From: Eledone cirrhosa
Taxonomy: Eukaryota
Assembly: GCA_964016885.1 (NCBI GenBank)
Contig: OZ024742.1
Span: 352,718,001-352,782,000, forward strand
Length of the DNA: 64,000 nt
Direction: 5' to 3'
Position 1 is the first letter of the stretch. Every line of letters starts with the position of its first letter. The notes under the pieces are model-generated. The model did no database searches. It was not told where the DNA came from and worked only from the letters and a program-made list of their open reading frames with translations. Positions 12,521-24,449 of the stretch are shown in pieces. The position numbers were made by a program, and so were the translations under genes.

Positions 12521-12666
12521 ATATTTATTAATATATCAGGTTAAAGTTTAAGCACAGAATCGCTGCTTTCACCCTTAACGGGATCTTCTGAAACTCAGAA
12601 GATCCCGTTAAGGGTGAAAGCAGCGATTCTTTGTATAAACTTTAATCTGTAATTTTAATAAATATT
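12521..12666. repeat. ~146-bp palindrome with a hammerhead-like core in each arm
   Basis: agaatcgctgctttcacccttaacgggatcttctga pairs perfectly with tcagaagatcccgttaagggtgaaagcagcgattct. Each arm reads CAGAAGA-t-CCC-gttaa-GGG-t-GAAA. Confidence 0.85.
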
Positions 12667-12745
12667 TGCTCTACGGTTCTTAGATATTTCATATATATTT
12701 ATCCTTATCGAGCCCTCTTTGGATTTTAGTCTTCACATTTATTAT

Positions 12746-12858
12746 AAATCCCGCCGAGGTTGACTTTGCCTTTCATCCTTACGGGGTCGATAAAATAAAG
12801 TACCAGTAATGCACTGGGTAATTGCTGGCCTTGTGCCTAAAGTAGAAACAATTATTAC
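12746..12858 (+). mobile_element. 5'-truncated tRNA-derived SINE (same family as 57038-57220)
   Basis: aaatcccgccgaggttgactttgcctttcatccttacggggtcgataaaataaagtaccagtaatgcactgggtaattgctggccttgtgcctaaagtagaaacaatt matches the copies at ~57 kb. Confidence 0.85.
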
Positions 12859-12975
12859 TATATATATATATGTTTATATATATATATTATAGCTAGGCAA
12901 AAAACAAAACAAAATTAAAGAGAGCAGTACGAACAGTGTTGGTATCAAGTTGACGCTTGAGAGTGGGCGGTGGGG

Positions 12976-13011
12976 GACGACGTTTCGGGCTGAATCCCTT
13001 CATCAGGAGAC
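12976..13011 (-). ncRNA. Minimal hammerhead motif at PLE 3' end
   Basis: Reverse complement reads gtctc-CTGATGA-A-GGG-attcag-CCC-GAAA-CG-TC-gtc, the classic PLE CTGATGAAGGG...CCCGAAACGTC form. Stem I is eroded. Confidence 0.65.
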
Positions 13012-13697
13012 AGGAGGAAAGGAAAAGAGTTCCGAGAGGGTGTGAGGGCGGAGTGGTGGAAAAACATTAAAATAAAGGAAACAAATTAAAATGAAAACAA
13101 GTAGTGAAAGTGTGTGATGCGTGTAGAGGTGGTGCTGGGTGGATGGAGGTAGATGAGAAGGAAATTTGGGGTCCAATCGTGGTGGGCGGAAGGTGGTGTG
13201 TGTGTATGTGTGTAGATGTACGTGTTTGTGTATGCGTGGATGTGAGTTTGGAGGAGAACGGGGATCCATGCTCGTGTATTAGGGAAACCAGTGTGTACAA
13301 GGGTGCGGTGTAAGTCTCTGTGTGCTTATGGACGGAGAGGTATCGTAAGGGGTGGGGGAGAGGGAGCGTGTGGAATCCGGAGGCTGAGTAGGTGTATGTA
13401 AGGATACGCACGTGTGTGTATGTGTTTCGTGTGGTGTGGATACGTGGGAATGTATGGTGGATTGTATGCGAGAATGGTGGAGGTGTATTTGTGTGTGTGT
13501 GTTCCAGAATGTTTATCTGGTGAGTGTGTGGACAGATGGTGAACTTCCGGGTGTTAAAATGTGGATATAAAGAGAGTGACCAGCGGTGTGGGATCCGTGG
13601 AATTGGTGATGAGGAAGTAGAAAGTTGTGGGGTGCACGCAACAGGAAGTGGTCAAGATGGTCAAGGCAGAGGGTGCATAAGGCAGGGCGTAGGATGC

Positions 13698-13700
<3 letters not shown>

Positions 13701-13784
<84 letters not shown>
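13701..13784. repeat. (GA)n microsatellite
   Basis: Direct reading of the sequence. Confidence 0.95.
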
Positions 13785-13788
<4 letters not shown>

Positions 13789-15526
13789 TATCAGTCATGA
13801 GGGTAAGGAACAGACGGGAAGTGGTAGCTGGCAGGAGTAGCCTTTATGTATGTGTGGATGTGCGTGCGGAGGTGCGGTAACCAGAAAAGGAGGTGGGTCA
13901 GTGAGAAAAGATGAGGGAGAGGTTGGTGGTGTGTGTAGGTGTTAGTAGGATGTGTGTGTATGGGGGGGGGTAGTACAGGGGTTCGGAGAGGGTGCTGGGT
14001 ACTGTATGAGTGAGGGTAATATACTGGTGTGTGAATGTGTGTATTGGGGGGGTGTTATTATTATTGAGGGTTCGAACGATTGTCTGGTTGGGGGTTAGTG
14101 GTGGTAGTACGGGTCTGGAGTAGGTTGTATATCGGTGTGTACGTAGGTGTGGGGCGGGTTTGTTTTTGTGTTGTGAGAGGGAAGGTGAGTTGGAGGTGTT
14201 TAGTATTATTAGTGGTGGGATGGTTGAATGTGGATGTGAGGGTGGGGGTTAGTGGTGGTAGTATGGTGTGTGAATAGTGAGTGGGTGTATATCTATACTG
14301 GTGTGTGTGTGCTTGTTGAGGCTGTGGGTGTATGTGTGATAGGCTGGGGGGGTTAGTATTATTAGTGGTGGTCTGAACCAAGGGGGTGGAGCGGCTGGAA
14401 GTAGAGGGAACTGTGAATATTGGGAGTATTTTAGTGGGGTTAGTAGGAGACATGTGTAGGGAAGGGGGAGGGGAATGATCGAAGGCTTAAGGGAGAGCGG
14501 TGGGGAGTTCAAGCCAAGGGTTTTCCGAAGGATGAACATGGTGTGTTGTTCGGCCGTAAGTCGTGTTTCGGGGGTCCTCACGGCATACATTCAGGCCGCA
14601 GAATTTGAGGTCGCGCAGTGTGCAGGGGAACCAAATACGCGGGCGATGGGGGATCTCCCGCTGAGACGAATGTCTCGGGGGTGCTCCGTGAACGGATCGG
14701 TATTGTTCGCGGTGGACTCTGTACAGAGAAGTCCCTAGACAAAGTTGGGGGCGGTTCAGCGGAAGGCATTCCGGACAGAGAGAGAGTCGCCATTGTGATC
14801 CTGGAAGGTGGTGGTGGTGTTGGTAATGTGGGGGATCGTGTGGAAGCGGCGTCTGGAGCAGGGAAGGGTACCAGGCGGGAACGGGGTTTGGGAGTAGGGA
14901 GCTGCGGACGAGAAGTTTGCGGATATATTGAACGCGCGTTTGAAGGTGGGCAGGGGTGAGGATGGGATAATGGGGAGGTGGAGTGTTAGGGTGGAAAGGT
15001 GGTAGGTGAGAGGTAACGGGAGACGATGAGTGGGGGCACGTGGACATGGGGTGAGGGTGGTGTATCGTCGGACTGCGTGGGCGTGGGTGAGGGCGGCGTG
15101 GACGAGGGAGGGGTGACCAGAGACAGGGCCTTGGTCTCAAAGTCAGTATCTCGGTTGCGGAGGAGGCGGATCTGAAGGAGTTGGAAGTAGGGAATGGAAT
15201 GTTAGGTGCGTGTGGGTTGGGACGAGGTGAAGTCGAGGTAGGAGTGGCAGTCGGTGGGTTTCAAGAAGGCGGAGGTGACGAGGGAGTGGTTGGGAACGTC
15301 TCGCCCGCAGTGTTGTATTGTCTGGGAGAGGTGACAGTTTCTGCGCATGCGCGTTTATACGCTTGTCCTTCCTGTTCCGTATAACCATGACCATTACGAG
15401 CTAAGGATCCGCTAAGGGGAAACAATTGTTCTCGGTATGGTGAACTAACTGTTGTGTTACCACTTCTACCAAACTGGTCCGATGGACTGAGTGTTATACT
15501 ACTACGGATATTAACCTCCAGTGTTC

Positions 15527-15635
<109 letters not shown>

Positions 15636-15639
15636 GATA

Positions 15640-17330
15640 AGTGAAATACAAAAGTGTGTTCATATATCCACTCAGGCACATGCAAATAACAAAGCCAGAG
15701 GAGTTCTTTGATGCCACAACACTACATGAGGAAATGGCGACCATCAATCACATAGACATAACGAAAGAGGATGTGGTATGCGCCATATATGAGATTAGCT
15801 GCTGGACCTGATGGATTCCCAGCAGTCCTCTTAAAAACATGTAAACGGGCCTCAGCAACTCCACTGAAGACGCTCTTCAGGAGCTCCTTGGCTAGTGGTA
15901 TAATAGCCCGGGAGCTAAAAGAGGCACAATATGCCGTATCCATAAAGGACGTAGCAGAGCGGAGGCCAAAAACTATAGGCCAGTCTCCCTGGCGTCACAT
16001 ATCAGTAAGTTCATGGAGCGAGTCATCAGAAAGAAACTGATCACTTTCCTCGCCCAGGAAGAAACAGCCTTACAAAGTTGCTACATCACTACGATTGGGT
16101 ATTGAAACAACTGCTAGACAGCTCACATGTGGACGTGATATATATTGACTTCGCGAAGGCCTTTGACAAGGTCGACCACGGAATGATATGTCACAAACTA
16201 CACGGACTCGGCATAACTGGAAAAGTATGTGAGTGGCTGCACGACTTCTTAAAGGACAGAAGCCATACAGTCGCAGGTAACGGGGCCCTCTCAAAGGAAA
16301 CATCAAAAACAAGTGGGGTGCACCATGGCACAGTCCCGGGACCACTACTGTTTTTGATGGCTCTCTGAGACATGCCCTCTGTAGTACATAAAACAACATC
16401 CTTCACTAGCTATGCTGATGACACTAAGGTAGCACAGGAAATCAAAAACCCGGCTGACGCTGCCTTTTTACAACAATATCTGGATGCCATATACAAATAG
16501 GCGGAAGACAACAACATGCAGTTTAAATGCTGGCAAATTACAAGCCTACAATACAAACCTGCAAACACAAATACAATACATCGCAGTTACGCAGGACCAG
16601 GAAGGAACGATATATCCGTGTCAAAATCGATACGAGACCTGGGTATAGACATGAGCGATGATGCATCTTATTCCCTGACTCGCTGGCTGGAACTTGAGGA
16701 CTTGCCGGACAAGAGACCGAGGCACCATGTTGACACTATGGAGGACATTTGTCCTAAGCCGCCTGGACTATTGCTCCCAGTTGTGGTCACCCAATAGTGT
16801 CAAACTAACCACGGAGCTTGGGGCAATCCAGCGAAGCTACACCAAGAGGATTGCCACGAAGAAGAAGTTAAGCTACTGGAATAGGCTAAAAGAACTGGAC
16901 CTCGACTCCTTGGAACGAAGACGGGAGAGATACTCAATGATCTACATGTAGAAAATCCGCGCTGGACTAACACCAAGTTTGGCATTGGGAGCTGGACCAA
17001 CCGTCGAACAGGACGTCACTGTGTGGTGCCAAAGATCCCGTATTCCACATCTAGAATAAGGAGCAGATATTGCAATAGGGTTTAAGGGACGTCAACTCAT
17101 CAACAATCTGTTGAGGGATCTGAGAGATCTGCATGGTGTGAATGTGGTTGTCTTCAAGAAACATCTCGACACATTGCTATCCGTGATCCCGGATGAGCCC
17201 ACAACAAGGCACGAGGGAAATCTAACGGCAGCAGCAACAAACTCCCTCTTCCACCAGTGGCCAACCAATACAGGCTGGAGATAAAATGTGTAGCAACAAG
17301 GGCCGTGTCCAGCAGGGCCTAAGCCGGATG
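15640..17330 (+). mobile_element. Decayed 5'-truncated LINE, CR1/L2-group RT (pseudogenised)
   Basis: Motifs AAGPDG, NYRPVSL, DVIYIDFAKAFDKVDH, SGVHHGTVPGPLLF, YADD (16411-16422), RDLGI, LDYCSQLWSP and SLERRR, with stops and frameshifts. Confidence 0.88.
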
Positions 17331-17577
17331 GTTGGAACAGGCAAAAGAGTGAAAAGAGTAAAAGAATATATATTAAGTTTACATTTTTCTAAGCAGAGAA
17401 AGAAGAAAAAAATGTTTGTGTAAACATGCCGTGTGAAAGTATACAGAATCGTCAGGTCTTTATCATCACACACCCACGCACGCACAGACACACACCCGCA
17501 CAACATAGGCACATGCACTCAAACACCCACATGCGTGCAACATACATACAAACATATCCATTAATACACACACACGC

Positions 17578-17610
<33 letters not shown>

Positions 17611-17631
17611 CTTACACATAGTTATACATAT

Positions 17632-17671
<40 letters not shown>

Positions 17672-17695
17672 GTGTGTGTGTGTTTATGTGTATTT

Positions 17696-18037
17696 CATCA
17701 TCATCATTTCATTTTACGTCCGGTTTTTCCCTGCTTGCAAGGGTGGGACAGTAACTGATTCTGGCTTGATTTCTACAGCTGGATGCCCTTCCTAACACCA
17801 GCCTAATTTACAGCGAGTGCTGGATGGCTGCTTTTTTGCCGTGGCATCTCCACGACAACTTTGCAGTGGAATGATATGGACCCCAGTCCATATCATCTCA
17901 TTTCTACAGCTGAGTAAACTGGAGCAATGTGAAATAAAGTGTCTTGCTCAAGGAAATAACATATCACCCGGTCTGAGAATTGAACTCACAACATTTCGAT
18001 TGCAAGACCAATGCTCTAACCACTAAGCCAACCGCCT

Positions 18038-18039
<2 letters not shown>
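17696..18039 (-). mobile_element. tRNA-derived CORE-type SINE (head 18039-17905) plus 3' SINE/LINE-tail remnant
   Basis: The reverse complement has A box TGGCTTAGTGG, B box GAGTTCAATTC and CORE-like tccttgagcaagacactt. It ends in an (ATG)n-type tail at ~17696-17706. Confidence 0.7.
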
Positions 18040-18127
<88 letters not shown>

Positions 18128-18154
18128 ACATATATACATATGTATATATATCTA

Positions 18155-18216
<62 letters not shown>

Positions 18217-18233
18217 TATGAAAAGAGGATAAG

Positions 18234-18349
18234 AATGATTTCACTTGTAGTGTTAAAAAAGTTGATTCAATTTTATAATATTATAGTATCATAATATTAT
18301 AATATTATAAAATTAAATCAAATTGTTTAACATGACAAGTGAAGTCATT
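18234..18349. repeat. ~115-bp imperfect palindrome
   Basis: aatgatttcacttgtagtgttaaa...aattttataatattata pairs with tataatattataaaatt...tttaacatgacaagtgaagtcatt. Confidence 0.75.
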
Positions 18350-18404
18350 ATTTTCCTTTTTTTCAAATATACCTAACTGTACCAAGGATCTCACACATAT
18401 TCCA

Positions 18405-18458
<54 letters not shown>

Positions 18459-18526
18459 ATCTGTGTGTGTATACATATTCCAATTCCCTCACGCCCATAC
18501 CCTCAATCTAACTTATTTTTCATTCT

Positions 18527-18564
18527 TTGTTCTGATGAAGGAATGGCGTCCGAAACGTTAAAAC
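18527..18564 (+). ncRNA. Minimal hammerhead motif in a solo PLE pLTR between (TA)n tracts
   Basis: gtt-CTGATGA-A-GGA-atggcg-TCC-GAAA-CG-TT-aaaac. Confidence 0.6.
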
Positions 18565-18649
18565 CCCTTCCTGCTATATTAAACGTTAACCTAATATATC
18601 CCTTCCATATACTGTACTGATTGTGTTTTTATTTCTGTTTACATTTTAC

Positions 18650-18831
<182 letters not shown>

Positions 18832-19041
18832 GTATATTTCGTTTCTGAATTTGTTTAGCAAGATTCTTTATCTGAAATTGTGTGTTGAAACCGATATTGT
18901 TATACTTTGGGAGGGTCATGTTGCCAATAAGAAACACACGCACCAGGGTCATTCACTTCAATTTATTATAATAAGTTTATACTAAATTTATAAATCTCTG
19001 GTTGGTTGGTTGGTTCCACAAACAGATAGTTGTTTATATAT

Positions 19042-19086
19042 AGTCATAGTTCTTTCGTCACACACTATGTGACCTCTTCAGTGACT
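19042..19086 (-). ncRNA. Type-I hammerhead ribozyme (left arm)
   Basis: Reverse complement reads agtca-CTGAAGA-g-GTCACA-tagtg-TGTGAC-GAAA-gaac-TA-tgact. Confidence 0.75.
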
Positions 19087-19286
19087 GGGGATTCCTTTCT
19101 TTGTTTCTGTGCCTCTCCTTTGTTCTGTCCTACGCCATTTTGTTTCTGTGTGTGTGTTGTGTGCTCAGTCTGCGCATGCGCCACATCCGGGTGTCTGTGT
19201 GTGTTTATGTTCATTTATTTATTTGTTTATTTACATGTTAATGGTTGGTTGTTTGTTCTATGTGTGTGTGTGTTTTCATTTTGTCC

Positions 19287-20012
19287 TTAATCGTAAGTTG
19301 TGTTGTTGCTGTTCCACTCATATTTTCTATTTAATTTTGGTTGTAATTCTTTTATGTTTATTGCCTCTGTAATTTGTCTAAACATTGCGTCTTTTCTGTG
19401 TGTAGATTCTATTTTTATTCCTATGTTCTCTAATTTACCCATGTGTTCTATTTTAGCATGTTGGTAGAGTACAGATGATTCTTTATTATCTTGAAGGTCT
19501 CGCCAGTGTTCATTTATCCGTTCCCCTACACTACGGGCTGTCTCACCTAAGTACACTATATTTTTGTCTCTACATTGTCCTTCAGTACATCTTATGCTAT
19601 ACACTAGATTTCTAGTTTTACAGTTAATATGGGGGCTTATTTTACAGGTTATACATTTCTTATCTATACATGAGGGTCTTTGAAAAGGGTACGTCTTGCT
19701 AATAAGTGTTTTTACGGAGGTACCTGGTCTTTCTACTATCTTAATATTGAGTTTATGTTTATTTAGGGCCCTTCTAAATTTGTAAGCTAATTCACCTCTA
19801 GGGGTGGTATCGATAAATATTACACTCTGGTATTTATTGCAGGTCCCATTTATGTCATTATTTACCATTTTTTCCCATTTGGTTCTGGCTCCTCTATACA
19901 CTCTGATTGTATCTCTCTGATTGTAGCCAGAGAACTGCATACGGTGGATGAAGTGTTGCATGTGTCTCTCTAGTTCTTCGGGGTTGCACATGCGGGACAC
20001 ATTTCTCATCAC
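19287..20012 (-). pseudogene. PLE thumb/linker + GIY-YIG fragment (241-aa open frame)
   Basis: GIY-YIG motif LVYSIRC...IVYLGETARSVGERINEH. Carries an 81-bp in-frame deletion relative to the opposite arm. Confidence 0.85.
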
Positions 20013-21470
20013 CCGTACTAAATCCGCAATCAGTATGTTGATTTTGGTATGGTCCTAAACGGCCGAGTTTCGGTGGACCAGATGTTTGGAAGTCATGGGT
20101 GGTGCTTCTGTTTGTTCATCGACCAGCAACGGCAATTGCGTGCGTTTGTTACATGGTAAAGTCTTGGCGTGGACTCGTCGCAGGTCGAATGATTTATCGG
20201 AGGGATTATAAAACGTAGAGTTCCAGGCTGCTGCTTTATGTGTACTAGTGCTATTGTTATTGTTAGTTGTGTTGTTTCTATTTCTATTTCCACCAACAGC
20301 CTCATGGTTGTTTCTATGTCTCTCACAATTACAATTAACAACAAGAAACAAATCCTTCATTCGCATTATGCCAAACCCATGACTTCCAAACATTTGATCC
20401 ACCGAAACTCGGCCGTTTCGGACCATACCAAAATCAACATACTGATTGCGGATTTAGTACGGGTGATGAGAAATGTGTCCCGCATGTGCAACCCCGAAGA
20501 ACTAGAGAGACACATGCAACACTTCATCCACCCTATGCAGTTCATTGACTACAATCAGAGAGATACAATCAGAGTGTATAGAGGAGCCAGAACCAAATGG
20601 GGAAAAAATGGTAAATAATGACATAAATGGGACCTGCCCCTTGTATAGGAGCACATTTTGCAATAGAATAGAAAGAACTAGGAACAAGGCTAATAGAATA
20701 AACTCATGGTATGATAGCAATAAATACCAGAGTGTAATGTTCATCAATACAACCCCTAGAGGTGAATTAGCTTACACATTTAGAAGGGCCCTAAATAAAC
20801 ATAAACTCAATATTAAGATAGTAGAAAGACCAGGTATCTCCGTAAAAACACTTATTAGCAAGACGTACCCTTTTCAATGACTCTCATGTATAGATAAGAA
20901 ATGTATAACCTGTAAAATAAGCCCCCATATTAACTGTAAAACTAGAAATGTAGTGTATAGCATAAGATGTACTGAAGGACAATGTAGAGACAAAAATATA
21001 GTGTACATAGGTGAGACAGCCTGTAGTGTAGGGGAACGGATAAATGAACACTGGCGAGACCTTCAAGATAATAAAGAATCATCTGTACTCTACCAACATG
21101 CTAAAATAGAACACAAGGGTAAATTAGAGAACATAGAAATAAAAATAGAATCTACACACAGAAAAGACGCAAGGTTTAGACAAATTACAGAGGCAATAAA
21201 CATAGAAGAATTACAACCAAAATTAAATAGAAAATATGAGTGGAACAGCAACATCACAACTTACAATTAAGGACAAAATGAAAACACACACACACATAGA
21301 ACAAACAACCAACCAGTAACATGTAAATAAACAAATAAATAAATGAACATAAACACACACAGACACCCGGATGTAGCGCATGCGCAGACTGAGCACACAA
21401 CACACACACAGAAACAAAATGGCGTAGGACAGAACAAAGGAGAGGCACATAAACAAAGAAAGGAATCCCC

Positions 21471-21515
21471 AGTCACTGAAGAGGTCACAGAGTGTGTGAC
21501 GAAAGAACTATGACT
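21471..21515 (+). ncRNA. Type-I hammerhead ribozyme (right arm)
   Basis: agtca-CTGAAGA-g-GTCACA-gagtg-TGTGAC-GAAA-gaac-TA-tgact: perfect stems I and II, CUA cleavage triplet. Confidence 0.78.
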
Positions 21516-21779
21516 ATATATAAACAACTATCTGGTTGTGGAACCAACCAACCAACCAACCAGAAATTTATAAATTTATTATAAACTTATTATAATAAAT
21601 TGAAGTGAAAGCAACTTCAATTATATATATATATATATAAATTATATAATTGGTCGTTTTAGAAGCCTCAACAATGCAGAGGGGTAACAGAATCAGGTGG
21701 TAATGAGAGAGAGATGTAAGAGGAAATGTAGAATGAGACTTATAGGGTGTAGAGAAAGGTAGCAAAGAATGTAAAAATA

Positions 21780-22520
21780 ATAACACGAGATATTGTTATC
21801 TTGGAAGTGATTTAATTGTCCCTATATTTCGGATTTCGCATCAATCAACTGGGGGTTTTCCGAGGGGAAGTTTTTAGACGGAGAGGGACACCACGTGGCT
21901 TCTGTTGTCTTTCGTGTGTGTACAAATGAACTACACTGTAAAGCGCGCGTGTGCGCGGAATAACACATGTCAGACAAATATCGAGGCAGTTCTTCTATAC
22001 TAGAGTAGTGTGATCGTGATGTGACAGGACGTACGCATTTTAGCTGTCAGTTTCTTATATTCAGACTTTCATACTTGCAGGTGTGGTGTTGGTATTGATA
22101 GTCTGCCTGATTGTTGCTTGTCGGTCGCTGGAAGGTGGGTATGATATATACACAAAAACAATCGCTCGTTTGCTACTGTGTGTGTGAGTTGTTCCATTTA
22201 TTTACACCAGCCATCTCATTTCACTTCTCTCGGATCGGTTGTTTATTCGTGGTCCGAGGCGTTTGATCCAAAGTGCTTCCTTGATTCTTAAAGTGCTGAC
22301 GTTGCGTTCCGTCGATATTACGTTGACAACGGGCCTTCCATCTTTGTATCCGCATTTTATTATGGGTTTCAGGAAAGACGAGGTCCAGGTGTTGATGTGC
22401 TCATTGATCGGGACATGTAGTGTTCGGATGGTTTTACCGATGTAGGAGTCGTTACACTTGTCACATTCTACCTTGTATACAACGTACGTGTGTAAGCAAC
22501 AGTTCCTTTAGTGCATCTGA
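21780..22520 (-). mobile_element. Degenerate PLE 3' fragment (GIY-YIG), related to the element at 1015-2145
   Basis: Minus strand ~22500-22200 reads CLHTYVVYKVECDKCNDSYIGKTIRTLHVPINEH...LRIKEALWIKRLGPRINNRSE. The pLTR-like segment at ~21790-21870 resembles 1950-2040. Confidence 0.8.
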
Positions 22521-23768
22521 CAGTTGCTGAGGGAACACGCGTCAAGCAATTTCTCGGGTTTCTTAGTGAGGCATCTCCGTAGGGATGGGCCACAATGGGC
22601 CAAGTGGATATGAAACCCTCCCTCCGTAGGGCCATAGACGATTGTACTAAAGATGTAGCTACATTTCTATATATATTTATTTGTGTAAGAAATATTGTTG
22701 CCGTAAACTAAGAAGGAACATGAGTTTAAATATATGACTTAGAGATTTTCGTTTAAATTGAGACTTCTTTAAAACTGCTAGAATATAGATTATTAGTCTT
22801 TCCATGTGTCTTATATTATGTTTTAGCCTCATGTCAATAGTTCCGTTAATGTTCGGAGGCAGAATTAAATTATCATGAAAGTATTACGTATATTGGTCCA
22901 TAAAGAGAGAGTTATTTGACAATAGGTGCGTACATTATGTATTTGACCATGCGTTTCTTGTTTAGAGAGCCTGTACATATATTCATGTAGTTGGTATTAC
23001 GGACGGTAATTCATATCGATTTTCTATTGAGGACCAACAGAGGCTGGTCCAGAAACAATGTTGTTGTCTAGGCAATGTTGAAAGGTTTATGTTGAAATCA
23101 AGTTTGTGCATATTTATGTGAAGTCGGAAGTTGTTCCTAATTATCTTGCATACTTGATGAAATAGAAGTGTCATTATCTGCATTTTGTAATGTGGGTTCA
23201 TTTTGATTACTTTCTATATTTCTGAATCTAATAGTAAGATATATTTGATCTATTGTGTGAATTACTTCAAATGCCGTGTTGTATCTGTTTCTCTTTCTAC
23301 TGATATATAATAGGAAACGTGAGCTAGAAATCTTTCATCCGTGATTTTTAAATGCAGAAGTTTCTGTTAATGTGTAAACCTTTTGTATCGGGGTGTGTTT
23401 TTACGATATAGGGCACAGGGATAGATCTCTAAAATTTACGGATGTTACGTTTATATTAATATAAATTATGTCACATGTATTTCTCCATTCATCAATTCCC
23501 TCTAAATAGCTTCATGCAATTGTTGTCCATGTCTGATTCTTAGAATGGGACACTGTTTGAAAAGAAAACAGTCGAAGAAAGGCTCTACTATTTGTAAACA
23601 TAGAATAAGGAGTTTACATAATATAGGATAATCGTAAACACGTGTATTCAGGTCGGTGTTTTAGACCTCGTCATTTTAGCTCATACATTTTTATGGAGGA
23701 TAAGAAATACATCGTCGCGTGTAAAGTTCGCGATGAACTAGCTGGCATAGGATACACATTCCATACAT

Positions 23769-23851
<83 letters not shown>

Positions 23852-24449
23852 TGTGCGTAAATTGGCATGTCCGCATGCGTTATTTTGCGCGTATGAGTGT
23901 ATATGAGGCTATATGTTTGTACGTTTATGTACATTTATGCATTGGAAAGCATGCCTACTTTTCATTTTCTTGATTCTATGTGATTCATCATATCCAATGC
24001 GTGAGAAATATAAACGAGACAAGGAAACACAGAAAACGAATGCCAAAAGAAAGACAGACAACGGATTACTAAAGAATAAGGAAAGTAAGAAATCAAGAAG
24101 ATAAGAATTAATGATGGAGATAGATGCCTTAGAAGAATGTGATTAAAAGAGGTAGAGATGAAAGTGAGATAAAGCTGGCAGTACAATCACATCATGGTAA
24201 TAGTAAAGTGTAGTTGAATAGATTGAAAGTAAATGTGATTGAGAGGTGAGGGAAAGGCAATAAAATGACAATGCTATGAACACATGGCAAGATCGTGAAG
24301 GAAGGGAGGATAAGAAAACTAAACTGAAAGGATTGCGATCAGGAGTGTGTGAATGAAATTCAAAGGAAACCAATGCTATGTAGGAGCTGGTCGTGTAACA
24401 AAAAATACCGACATTTAAAGAAATCACATGAAATGTCTAGTAGTATTAC

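Larger units (their letters stand above)
18951..21622. mobile_element. Palindromic PLE: two 3' halves (RT thumb + GIY-YIG + pLTR) head-to-head, possibly Nematis-like
   Basis: 18951-20099 (-) and 20377-21609 (+) are reverse complements. Both encode PMTSKHL.HRNSAV..HTKINILIADLVRVMRNVS...CKTRN(L/V)VYSIRC...VY(L/I)GETA.SVGER.NEH...ITEAINI..LQPKLNRKYEW. Confidence 0.9.

Noticed and set aside
14487-15140. 217-aa Pro/His-rich ORF
   Set aside because: It is a low-complexity, mostly off-frame reading of the decayed PLE.
22540-23700. Non-repetitive AT-rich stretch with short ORFs
   Set aside because: No recognisable motif or convincing splice structure.
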